Origin: the human T2T-CHM13v2.0 reference genome, Homo sapiens
Direction: 5' to 3' (one strand)
Length of the DNA stretch: 64,000 nucleotides
Assembly (NCBI RefSeq): GCF_009914755.1
Contig: NC_060928.1
The notes below the pieces were generated by a model. That model was not told the DNA's origin and did no database searches. It saw nothing but the letters and a program-made list of their open reading frames with translations. Positions 39,370 to 52,319 of the stretch are shown one piece after another. Position numbers and translations under genes: made by a program. Within the stretch, counting starts at the first letter, position 1. Every line of letters starts with the position of its first letter.

Positions 39370-41333
39370 AATAAGTACACAAAGTACACAAGTGTATTTA
39401 TTACATTTTGCAAGCACTCTGTTCTACATTTCAAAAACGCCACCATCAAGCTGTTGGCACATTTATGTACAAAACAGATTAATTGTAATGCCTGCTACAA
39501 AGCACTCTGTGAAAATACAAACTCTAATACCAGAAATAAAAGCCAAAAGTGTCAACATCATTACATAAGTTGAAAAGACAGTTTTAGAAATTATCACAAA
39601 CTGTTAAGACACGGAACTGAAATACTATAATATAGAATTTAAAGAAGCCCATTAATACTTTTGCTGAATATCTGTAATACTGCATATATCAGAAAAATGT
39701 TGAACCAGTAAGATAATCTAAGCATAAAGAAAAGGAAGCAAAATGAACCCCAAATTAATTAAATAATACTACGGAATGCATAATCATGCCACAGATATCC
39801 CTAGTAGTACCCCCTACCTACTACAAGAACTTGTAAAATTACTGATGATGCATGACTAGTCATTGTACAAAGATTGTTTCACTCAATAAATTTTTATTAG
39901 AAATGCAGTTACACTGAGAAAGGATTTCACAATGGTCAAATCAGTGCACAATACTACCTAGTTTTATACACTGAAAAAAATGTCTTGTCAGGCTACATCA
40001 TTTTAGAAGACACTTTACAGCATTCTTGTAGCATTAGAAATAATGAAAAGAAGAGCGTCAAGGTGAAAACAAACACCAAATTTGGTCCAATAATACTGAT
40101 TGCTCTTTGTTAAAATTCCTTTGATACAGGTACTTTTTATAAATGAATATGAATGAACATTCGGTTAAAATGACTTACTTGAAATAAAAACACAAATATA
40201 TCACTACACTTTCAAACAATACATTCTATAGGGGCCTCTGACCACACTTTATAAAACACTACAGGTAAACCAACATAGATTGGAAGGCTGCAAGCAAAGC
40301 TATTATATTAATGGAAGCCTTTTCAAATATATCATACACATTTTAGGAATAGTTTACAGAGGTGCAATCCATTAAAACTTTTAAAGTAGGTAAAACAACT
40401 TCCGAGGGGTTAGTGTGCTTATTTGTAATAAACCACCTTCATAAAGGTAATTAATTTTCCACATTAGCATATTAAAAGTTCCAATCCAGCCACTTCTTAA
40501 ATCACAAAGAGATCATTCTTCAATAGTCTACAGTAGTTATTTCCATTAAAATTGTCTCTATATACTAAACTTTAAAAGGTAAGCCTGGTGTCACAATCTT
40601 AAAAAGGCAACTAGCCATGCATTAGCATTACTGTTTCTACATGCTCACAACATAAACATGAGTAATCTGAGGGAAATACCTTTTAAGAACATCAAGGAAA
40701 AGTACAATGTTAACAAAGATAAGAAGCACTTTTTTTTTTAAACCTACTCTTACAAATTTAGAAATTGCACCTTAGATTGATGAAAACATGAACCAGGGCC
40801 TACAGTAATATGGCCACTGATCTTCAGACAAAATTTCCATATTTCAAGAGTCATCAAGATGTCATCTCTATCTATTGTTCATAATGTACAATGGTCCCTT
40901 TGAAGGTTACCTGTAGTTAAACTAGTTACCGAAATCAAAACTAAAAAGTATAAAAAGCTATTTTCTTTTCAAAACATAAGAAATAATGCAAAAGGTGTTA
41001 TGTATAACACATGGGAAGTGGTTAAAAATCAAACAAATCTTTGCATTTGACAATGTTAGTATCTTTGATTTTACAGAACTAGTAAATGAGTTTGAGAAAT
41101 TTCAAAAAAAAGGCTGGATAGGAGCTTGTAGAAAAGATCTGATTTACATCAATTTAATAAATTGGGAAATTTAAGTGCTAAACAACAAAGAATTGTACTC
41201 AGGTGATTCATAAGTCACCTTACATATCATTGATGAGAAGCACTTTCGTTTTGTTTTTTAAAGGTTGGATGGTTGGATGGCCCTTAGTTAAACACCAATG
41301 CATTCAAATGGTAGAAAGAACAGGAAGATGCAT
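39370..41333 (-). other. GPM6A: GPM6A 3' UTR (~2 kb; 3' end approximate)
   Basis: AU-rich sequence with no recognisable interspersed repeat, running from the stop codon to a canonical poly(A) signal followed by a U/GU-rich element. Confidence 0.85.
39397..39402 (-). terminator. Distal polyadenylation signal AATAAA of GPM6A
   Basis: Plus-strand tttatt; the downstream U-rich element corresponds to the plus-strand A-rich run at ~39320-39350. Confidence 0.8.
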
Positions 41334-41486
41334 TTATGTGTATGCATTGAGCCGCTCTTTGGAGCGAGTAGAGTGGATGTCATGAAGCTCTTGCTCTTCC
41401 TTCGACTTGATGTCTTCATACTTCTGCATCCGGCAGGCGTCTTTCACATAGGCCCAGTTGGCAGACAGAACCATAAGGTAGTGAAC
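41334..41486 (-). CDS. GPM6A: GPM6A terminal exon, coding part (exon 7)
   Basis: VHYLMVLSANWAYVKDACRMQKYEDIKSKEEQELHDIHSTRSKERLNAYT*, the M6a cytoplasmic C-terminus; TAG acceptor; TAA stop at 41334-41336. Confidence 0.97.
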   Translation of the reverse strand, partial: VHYLMVLSANWAYVKDACRMQKYEDIKSKEEQELHDIHSTRSKERLNAYT

Positions 41487-42686
41487 CTAATCAAAGAGAA
41501 AAATAATTTATATTGGAAGTTTGTTCAGTGTCTTCATTACACCTTGCTATCTCGAAAGAAGTCTTCGAATTATAGCTCTTTATAGGAAATGTTCACATAT
41601 AAAATGGAAACAAAATTTCTTTGGTAACAGAAACAATATAAAATATATTTTCATTCCTCCAACTATATCCCACCATATTCTTGGCACCATTTCTTTCAGT
41701 ATCTCTTTCTCCTTTTCAATTCTTGGAAGTAATCCAAAACTAATTCTTAGTCTTTATAGGATGTTTCCTGCCCAATGTGTCCTCATTTGCCCAAACCATA
41801 GATGATTCATTTCATGTTCATGTATCTATGTTTTATAATCCATAATCAGAAATATTTTCACATACCGTTGTGTCTAACTGACTTGAATTAATTGGAGGTT
41901 CTATTACCCCAATTAAAGAGAGATCATGGAAACCCCCAAATATACCTGTGGACTTGATTATCAGGTTAATTTTGCATATGATGAATTTTGTAGTTTCTTT
42001 TTGGTTATAAACTACAGGAGATAAAATATTGTGTTACATGGATTTTTTATATGTATATACATTCACAAAAACTGGAATAGTGCCATGTTCAAAAAGGAAG
42101 CTCCTGGTTTGTCTTGAGTAATGAAGTTGCTGGAGAAATAAAGCTCCTTTATTTGACTTGAGTTTACCCAGCAATGAGACCGCTTATTTGTTTTTCTTTT
42201 CTTTCTTCCCTCTTGGTCCACAGGGGAGATAAAGCAGCTTTCCACATGATGAATTTTGATGAATAGGGAAGAGAAACTAAGTTGACAGTTATTTACATTC
42301 TCTGAGTTTTAAAGGGTGGGCAATATTTTAATCCAACATTCAGAAAAATAGAACACTAAGATTTTGATAATTAGTAAACAGTACATTGAAAGAGGAGGCG
42401 GGCTGGTTCTAGAAAAGTACAGATGGATATAAAGAATGCAATGTCAATTCTAAATAATGAATATTGTGGTGTGTTCAGGTAGTCAACAAACAGCAAAAAA
42501 CAAAATAATTTTGACACGGGATGTAGGGGAAAAGATGCATACCACTATAAATAACCTATTTTTAGAATTTTCTGTTTCCTCTGAAGTTTAGCATTTTGTT
42601 TAAGGAATATTGTAAGCCACCTGAAAGCAGGGGCTGTGAGTTATATTCTTGTACATTATGGCATTTACATAGTGAAAGCATAATCA

Positions 42687-42689
<3 letters not shown>

Positions 42690-42737
<48 letters not shown>

Positions 42738-42742
42738 TATAT
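42690..42742. repeat. (TA)n microsatellite
   Basis: About 20 perfect TA units plus a degenerate extension, inside an L2-like 3' end. Confidence 0.95.
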
Positions 42743-42946
42743 GGATTAAATAAGGCTTATACACATAATGAAGTTTATGCAGTATTTTGTTGCTGTAAAA
42801 TATCAAGTGCTGTGGAGAGTGCTTAGTACATAGCAGATACACAAAATATTTGCCAAATAAATGAATGTATTTTTCAATCTTCAAAAACTTTTCATAATAT
42901 CTGAGAAAATGTGGCCCCCAAATTATTATTAAATATGTATAATTGA

Positions 42947-43235
42947 GGCCAGGTGCGGTGGCTCACGCCTGTAATCCCAGCACTTTGGGAGGCCAAGGCG
43001 GGTTGATCACTTGAGGTCAGGAGTCCAAGACCAGTCTGGCCAACATAGTGAAACCCCATCTCTACTAAAAGTACAAAACGTAGCTGGGTGTGGTGCCACG
43101 TGCCTGTAATCCCAGCTACTCGGGAGGATGAGGCAGGAGAATGGATTGAACCTGGGAGGCAGAGGTTTCAGTGAGCTGAGATCATGATACTCTCCTCTAG
43201 CCTGGGCAACAGAGTAGACTCTGTCTCAAAAAAAT
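42947..43235 (+). mobile_element. Alu (AluS-type) in the last GPM6A intron
   Basis: Full dimer; its tail runs into the TA tract. Confidence 0.95.
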
Positions 43236-44342
43236 ACATATATATATTTACATAATATATATTATATATAAAATATATATTTTTATATTATATATATTTT
43301 ACATACATGAGGAAGCACCTGTTTCTGAATTGGAGTGATCTTGAATTTCTTTTCAGTATTTCACTCATGCATATATATATATATATATGTATTTATATAT
43401 ATTTATATATGTAAATATATATAAGATAAAAAATATATTTATATAAAAATATATATAATACAAAAATATATAATATATTTATATATAAAATATTTGTAAT
43501 ATAAAAATATATAACATATAATATATCATATATAATATATTATATGTGATATATAATATATAATATATTATATATGATATATTATATGTCACATATAATA
43601 TATCATATATGTGACATATATCATATATTATATGTGACATAATATATCATATATAATATAAAATATATATTATATATTATATATAATATATAATATATAT
43701 TATATATTATATATTATATAAAATATATATTATATATTATATATAATATAAAATATATATTATATATTATATATTATATAAAAATATATAATATATAACA
43801 TATAATATATTATATAATATATAATAATATAATATAGTATATATATAAAAATGTATAATTATATATATAAAAATATATGGAGAGCCTTAGAAGGACTCCC
43901 AGTAACCTCATATATATATGACCTTTATATATATATAAAACCTTTATATTTTTATATATATAAAAATATACAATATATTATATATTATATAAAAATATAT
44001 TATATATTATATAAAATATATTATATATTATGTAAAATATATAATATATAATATATATTATATATATTATATATTATATAAAATATAAAATATATAATAT
44101 ATTATATAATATATATATAATATATAATATATTATATATTATATATATTTATATATAATATATTATATATTATATAAAAATATAATATATAATATAAAAA
44201 TATATAATCTATATATAATATATAATATAAAAATATATAATCTATTTATATATTATATATAAAAATATATAATATATAATATAAAATATATAATCTATTT
44301 ATATATAATATTTATATATTATATATATATATATACATATAT
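43236..44342. repeat. ~1.1-kb low-complexity (TA)-rich tract
   Basis: Almost pure A/T with (ATATATAATA)-like units and two non-repetitive islands. Confidence 0.97.
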
Positions 44343-46562
44343 GCATGAATGAAATACTGAAACTCAAGGTCACTCCAATTCAGAAACAGGTGCTTCCTCA
44401 TGGTTCTTACAAGCATTTCCTCTGGCCTTAAGGGGAACCCAAGCTGCAGGGCTTATTACTGTCCCTCGCTAGGTGAACAGTGATTACTGAAATCTGGTCC
44501 AATGCTAAGTCGATTTAGTTTGTCAGCATGTAGGACTTCCTAACTTCTCTACAAATAATGGAGTAGAGTAGAACAGAATAAGTTCTTAAGAAATATTATT
44601 AATAACATTACAATTACTATTCTCAATTTTTAATATTAAGTTTTTAAGAAATATTATTAATAATAAAGTCCCTGCTTTATTATTCCTGGTACTAGCAGCA
44701 TTAGTACCAGGAACAGTAGCAGTAGTTATATTTTACCTGTCTCCCAAGACCTACATCATTATCAGAGCTAATAAATTGGAAATACTTAGGTCAATCATTT
44801 AAGCTAGTATGGGGTTTTGTGATGACTCTAGACAGAGAAAATAACCCCCAAATAATGCTTAGTACTTGAAAAAATAATCTTCTAAGCTTTCTGTTTTAAA
44901 TAAAATGTACGTATAGCTTTAAGTATATGCAAAGCATAGATTGCTTAAGAAATACATAATATATAAATTTCTATCATCTCAAAATCTGTTGATTTGTTTT
45001 GAGAGTAAGCATTTTCAGGGACATTTAAATAACATTTGTCTAAATAGGTGTTTTTCACTAGTGTATACCTGTATTTTTAGACAGAATTTTATATGCACAT
45101 ATATGTAGCAAATGCAAACAAATATTTATTATAGTCCACTTTTTAAAAGATACCTTCACAGACTTCTTGTACCTGGGTATATATTGCTTGTACATACCCG
45201 TGTCATTAAAGTTTTTGACAGCATAGAAATGGGTGTATGAACACAAGGGTACATATGTTTCCTCTGATATCACAACCAGCATGTTTTCTCCTAAGGACAA
45301 TAATGTTTGGTATATCATTGGCCAGAACTTGCTGATTCTTCCCCAGGGCATAGTTTAGCATTAATTTTAGGTTGAGAATATAAGGCCTTTGCTTTTGTTC
45401 TATTTTGATCCCCCCAATTAATCAACCAACATGATCCTTATCAAGCGTCTCACGTTCTGAAACAAAATTTCTATATAGAGGTTTATTCTATATAGAGATC
45501 ACTGTATCAAAAATGTTGAGCAACGCTAAAGTAACAAAACATCAAAAATTCATGTTAGTACTGACATAGTTTTATTGAATATATATGTAAGTCATTTTTA
45601 ATAAAACAAATTAAATACAAAATATTTATGAAATCAGTAAAATAACCACTCTGACATGGCTAATTAGCACATTAGTATTTTCTCATCATTCTTATTTTTA
45701 GTCTCTGACAAGAGAAAAACATTTTTTTATGAAAGTGTTCCTTTCACCAATACATTAGATAGATATTGGCACCATGAGGAAAATAATTAAATAAATTCCA
45801 ATTCATTCACCATCTTTACATATTGACTCAGCTGTCACAGTCGTGAGGTTACTGGGAGTCCTTCTAGGGCTCTAGACTACTCATCCTCAAGGATACAAAC
45901 AAAGACTGAAGATATTGGCTGCAAAAGCTATTACTGACACTCAGAGCACTTGCTCAGGGTTGATATTTGGCATTCCAGTGGGCATACTGGAACTCATGCC
46001 AAGTTAGAAAGGAGGAGACTGGCTCTGGCACGTGGTAGATCCTCCTCATTGTGTAAAAGCTTGATGTCTTAAAAGAAGATCTAAAGACTGGCTCTTAATA
46101 TTTCTGAAGCAAATTAGATATAGAAGACATGACTTGAAACTACTGACATTTGTTTTTTTTAATAACCTAATTTGTTTTTCATAAATGACTCTATATGGCT
46201 TTTTAATGTTCTTAGCTAAGGAAAAAAAAGTAAATCAAGGAATTGATTAGATTACTCACAATGTCACATTGGTATGTACATATATGCTACAGAAATAATT
46301 TTTATATTTATAGTAATCTAATATCTAAAATCCTAATGAATTACTATTTTTGTTAATGTTCTCAATATGGTAATAATAATATTTCTTGGGGTTTAGTCTT
46401 GTTGTTGACTTACTTACCCATTGTTTTCCCTACTTTTTTTAATCTGATGACATAAATGTGTTTTACATGAACTTCAAACTTTAGAGATAGTTTATCATCT
46501 CTACAAGCAAATAGCTTTGGAATTCACATTGAAAACCAAGCACCAGCGCTTTGAGGTCTTAC

Positions 46563-46628
46563 CATAGCAATGACTGCTGCCCCAGCTCCAGCAAGTGCCA
46601 CAATAAACAAGTGGAAGGTCATGTTCAG
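46563..46628 (-). CDS. GPM6A: GPM6A coding exon (66 nt; exon 6)
   Basis: LNMTFHLFIVALAGAGAAVIAM (N-M-T sequon, TM4); CAG acceptor, GTAAGA donor; phase 0/0. Confidence 0.97.
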
Positions 46629-47186
46629 CTGCAATGGAAACCACAGAGAATCAAAAGGTGTCAGAGTTATAGGTAGAAGAGAAGTCAAGATTGCTACTGT
46701 CTTATAAACAAGACTTTGTACATCTTAAATAAAAGCGAGCCTGTGATAAATCACCCACCTGATTAAAACAGATTATTACAATATATTTTCCCCTGCAAAT
46801 CATTTAAATCCTTTCAACTTCATCATTATAACATAATTTCATTATAAAGATGAGACAATGATTAATAATGATGGTTTTCATCAGTAACATTATAACAATA
46901 TAAGGAGGGCTATGCTCTCTTTAAAAACAACTTCATCATGTTTTCAGCCTTCATTAAAATGAGTTTCCAGAAAATTTGAAATAGTTATTATAATTTTTAT
47001 TGAAATATGCAGAGCATCTAATTCCTATTTATCCTCTACTCCTCCTGAATAACACTACTTCAGGTAAAATTGCCTCTGATAGAATAAAGGGAAAAGTCAA
47101 TATAGATTTAGTTTTAATACATTATCCAAATAATAAAAAATGAATGCTAAAATTCTGACAAAATTAAAGGCTGTAAAAACACTCAC

Positions 47187-47263
47187 CTCAGTAGATTCGC
47201 ACATCCTCAAGAAATTCTCAGAGACAGTACAAATTTTCTTTTCCTCTCCAATTGTCACAATTC
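47187..47263 (-). CDS. GPM6A: GPM6A coding exon (77 nt; exon 5)
   Basis: (G)IVTIGEEKKICTVSENFLRMCESTE; TAG acceptor, GTGAGT donor; completes the split Gly codon of the previous exon. Confidence 0.97.
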
Positions 47264-47769
47264 CTACAATGTGTGGGAAATGACAGTTTAGCAGTATAAA
47301 TGTTTTGAAGAGCCAAGAGAGAAAAAAATGAGTTTTTGCTAATCAAATCTAAGCAAGTTCCATTTTATCTTATGTTATGTTACAGTGGAAAAATAATCTA
47401 GCTTTCATTGTGGATAATAACTATGCATAGAATTATGAATATAATATGCAAGACTATTTAGCCCTCAAGCAATTTAAATAATTTCAATCTGAATTCAATT
47501 GAATCTCACCACCAGAATTTCCAGACTCAATTATAGCCAGTTTATTGGTTTGGCCCATTAATGTGATAGTATAGGCATCACAATTATTTTGTTAACTATG
47601 CCCCAGACTGTGCTGAAGTCAGGATCTAAATTTGTTCAGCTGGTGCAGTGCTTCTGTTAATCTCTAAAAGCATACTGCCCAAAGGAGTACTTTTTTTTCT
47701 GCCAATATTGCAAACAATGCTATTAGTAACAGGAAATGAAAAGTTGCCATTTCGCTTCTATTTACCCTT

Positions 47770-47930
47770 GTTCCAGTTGGTTCATAGACCAACAGCATTA
47801 GAATCACCTAGGAAGTTGTCAAAAATATGTATTTTTAGACTCTAACACAAAACTGATAGATGGGAATCTATGAATATTAGGCCTAGAACACTGCATTTTT
47901 AAAACGAGCACAGAGGCAATTCACTGGCAC
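47770..47930. mobile_element. MER5A-like DNA transposon fragment
   Basis: cagcattagaatcacctaggaagttgtcaaaaat and ctgcatttttaa motifs. Confidence 0.6.
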
Positions 47931-48124
47931 GCCTCTTTGTCTCATCTTAGAGAGCAAAAGTAACCAAGTTCATCTGAGCATGGCTCTTTAATTTTATTTT
48001 CTGAACTCTTGAAGTGCTAAACACATACAGGCATGATAAAACATTTTCAGGACATTCTAATACCTAAGATTTTAGCATTTTCTGCTCTTTAGTTGTTTTT
48101 GTTATTGTTGTTTTATTTTCATGG

Positions 48125-48422
48125 TTTGTTTTGTTTTGTTTGAGACGGAGTCTCACTCTGTCACCCAGGCTGGAGTATAGTGGTGCAATCTCAGCTAATT
48201 GCAACCTACGCCTCCCGGGTTCAAGTAATTCTCATGCCTCAACCTCCAGAGTAGCTGGGATTACAGGTGCCCGCCACCACACCCAGCTAATTTTTCTGTT
48301 TTTAGTAGAGACGAGTTTCACCATGTTCACCAAACTGGTATCAGACTTCTGACCCCAAGTCATCTGCCCGCCTCAGCCTCCCAAAGTGCCAGAATTACAG
48401 GTAGGAGCCACGGTACCAGGCC
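48125..48422 (-). mobile_element. Alu (AluS-type)
   Basis: (TTTTG) tail and both arms. Confidence 0.93.
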
Positions 48423-48759
48423 TTCTTTATTTAGTTTTAATATGTATATGTATTTACATATTCTTAGCTTTATGGGGTGTCATCAACTCTCCCTCTCTTA
48501 CAGAGCTGCTGCTATTAGTTTGTCCTTTGCCAATAGTTTGTGGAATCTATTTCAGTGTGAAAAATCTATTTGCAGTAAACAAACACAGAGATCCCTCTCT
48601 ACAGCCTTTCCTTTCTGCCAAGATGGTTCTAAGAGTGGGTAAAAATTTAAAAGGGTTCTCTCATGAGATTTCCTCCCTAAAAAATCACCATTGTTGAAAA
48701 AGCTTCTGGTCAAGGCTCTCTCTCTTCATAGTAATCCATTACAGACTTTATTTTGTGGA

Positions 48760-50000
48760 ATATTTATGTTGTGCTTACATTTCCTTATTCATTTCTCAAT
48801 TCATGTTTTCAGCAAAACACCTAGAAAGTGTTGCCTAACCTCACTGTAATTCCTTTCCTTTCATTTCTACTTAAATCCTCTCAAGTCAGATTTTGCCCTA
48901 ACCCCCCTCCATGGAAATTTTCTTATAAAGATAATAATGACCTCCAAGGATTAATTCTCAGTTTTCATCTTCTTGCAAGTTGACAGTATTAAACACAGTT
49001 GATGCCCACCTTTTCCTTCATGCTCTCTTCATTTGTCTTCTAAAATCTACAGTTTTCAGTTTTTGCCTTTCTGATCTCATTGGCTCCTTCTTCTCATATT
49101 TTTGTCTGTTGCCTCCTCTTCTCTCTGACCTCTTAAGTTGCAGCTTCCCACCCTTCACTCCTCAGCCTTTTTTCTCCCATGCATATCTCATCCAGTCCCA
49201 GATATTTAAATACTGTCAACAACTCCTAAATCTATGTGGCCATCCCATATCTCTCTTCTGAAATCAGGATTCATATATCCAATTTCTCATCTGACCATTC
49301 TATTTGGATTTCTAATAAGCATTTTAAAAAAACTTCTGCTCTTCTCCTTTGCTGGCTCCACTCCCAAGCAAACACTTCTCATAGCCTTTCCTATCTTTCT
49401 TGATAGCAAATCTTACCATTTGCTCAGTCAAAAGAAATTCCTCCTTGAATTCTCTTTTTTCCCCCGCAAACCCTACATGCAATCTATCAGGAAATTCTGC
49501 TGCCTCTATGTTCAAAATACATCCATAATCAGACCGATTCTTCCCACCTCCCTTGCCATCTCCTCATCCAAGCCACCAAAATCTCCCACTTGGATTAATA
49601 CAATCATTTGCTAACTGGCTTCCTTGCTTCTACCCTTCCTACAAACCATTCTTCAAGTAGCAGCTAGAGTAATCCTTCTATTATTAGTCAGACCATCTCC
49701 TGCCTCTGCCAAAATCTGTAATGACTCTCTACTCCCCTCAGAATAAAACCCCACACCTATAATGTTCTGTAATGCATTCATCAAGATGGTACATCGTGGG
49801 AACTCATAGACTTCATCTCAGTCTTTTGTCCTACTGTCTTGTTCTACTTCAGACACATTGACTTCCCTGTTGTTTCCTGAGAAACCAGGTATCACATTGG
49901 CTTGGTAACTTAGCACCGGCTCTTCTCTCTGACAAGAATATTCCCAGAGCTGAGCTCCTCCTGTCCTTCAAATGACAACTGCTCAGTGCAATTTTTCTAC
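48760..50000 (+). mobile_element. L2 fragment
   Basis: Pyrimidine-rich L2 motifs (cagttgatgcccaccttttccttc; cagctagagtaatcctt). Confidence 0.65.
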
Positions 50001-50021
50001 ATCATTAAAAAAAAATACTAT

Positions 50022-50828
50022 CGTTACAGTAGGTAGTCAGACATGAGCAGAGCAAGAGAGACCCCAACTCACCGCCCACCAAGGATGTCAGGCCACCATC
50101 AGGTGACAGTCAGGTAGTTGTTAACTGTCTTTCTAAAATAATAATTAGTCACAGCTGGCTCCTAATAAAGAAACACCTGTAGCTGGTGATCGGCAGCTTC
50201 TTGATCTGAACTCAGGAGTTGCAGAAGCGGGCTCAAGCCTGCACACTAAGAGGCAAAATGGCAGAGTGTAACTGATATATGACCTTCCTCTAGGAACACT
50301 CAAATGAGCATGTGTGCAACTCCAGAAAACACAGTGCACATACGGTCCTTCCCAAGTGCTGGCCACCCACTGCACATGCGGACAGCCCACCTCAAGGGAA
50401 GAACCAGGTGAGAAGTATGCAAGACCCTAGAAGAAGGCCAATGTATAAAACCCCAAGTCAAAAGATCCAACAGGGTACTTGATCTCTCAAGTCTCCCGCT
50501 TGGCCCTTTTCCAACTCTACTTTCTTTCATTCCTGCTCTAAAACTTTTCCGTTTGTTTTTTTTTTTTTTTTTTTTGAGATGGAGTCTCGCTCTTTTGCCC
50601 AGGCCAGACTGCAGTGGCGCTATCTCGGCTCACTGCAAGCTCCGCTTCCCGGGTTCACGCCATTCTCCTGCCTCAGCCTGCTCTAAAACTTTTTAATAGA
50701 CTTTCACTCCTGCTCTGAAACTTGCCCCGGTATCTTACTCTGCCTTATGCCCCTCAGTTGAATTCTTCCTTCTGAGGAGGCAAGAAGTGAGGTTGCTGCA
50801 GGCCCATATGGATGTACCACTGCTAACA
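50022..50828 (+). mobile_element. ERV1 LTR (MER50-like)
   Basis: Starts (t/c)gttacagtaggtagtcagacatgagcag, ends gctaaca; interrupted by an AluY. Confidence 0.7.
50549..50676 (-). mobile_element. 5'-truncated young AluY-type insertion
   Basis: AluY diagnostics (tgcaagctccgc, ttcacgccattctc), long T-run, 17-bp TSD CCTGCTCTAAAACTTTT (50532-50548 / 50677-50693). Confidence 0.92.
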
Positions 50829-51258
50829 TCATTACTGAACCTCCAGTACTCCTGATGCTATATGTATATGTGTATATATACACACACACGCACACATAAA
50901 ATAAAGTTTTTGTGATAAGTATACCATATATAACAAATAGATATAATATATATTAAAAATTAACTGTAGTTTAAAAATCAACATGTGAATAATATGAAGC
51001 TCTAGAAGTGAGCATGTGGAGGATGAGCTGCAGTGTAAATTTGAAAACCTGATTATTTTGATTCTTATATATCTGTCTATGAATGGCCAAATTGTTCTCA
51101 CCAAAAATTAAGAACATTATTCAAATTTATATCAATTTTTCTAAATATTGAATATATATATTTATTACCTATGGAAAAGTTTTTAGCTGAAAGGTGCAGA
51201 CTGATATTTTCAGTTTCTTCAAAGCAATTAGGAGAAAAGGCAAGTTATAAGCAAGGGT

Positions 51259-51671
<413 letters not shown>

Positions 51672-51872
51672 CTAGCTAAACACAAGTAATATATTTCTGG
51701 AATTGTGAGAATTATTTGTACTTGAAATATGAACAACGTCAGAGAAAATGATGCATAATGTGTGTACACGGTTCCTATGACTTTCATCACTAAGGCAATA
51801 AAAACCTTTGGTGCTTACTGGACAGTTGAAGTGTGACTCCTAGGGTTGTAAATTCCTCTTAAGAAAATTGTA

Positions 51873-52253
<381 letters not shown>

Positions 52254-52319
52254 TTAACTCCCTACTATGAAATATAAATGCTTAAATTTAAAAATAATTT
52301 ATCATTTACGTTGCTAATT

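Noticed and set aside
41298-41585. 95-aa plus-strand ORF overlapping the last GPM6A exon
   Set aside because: Antisense shadow of the real exon; no recognisable protein and no promoter or splice support.
43306-44402. Bona fide foldback or MITE transposon
   Set aside because: No TSD; the left arm is embedded in TA sequence while the right arm continues into unique intron, which favours a local inverted duplication.
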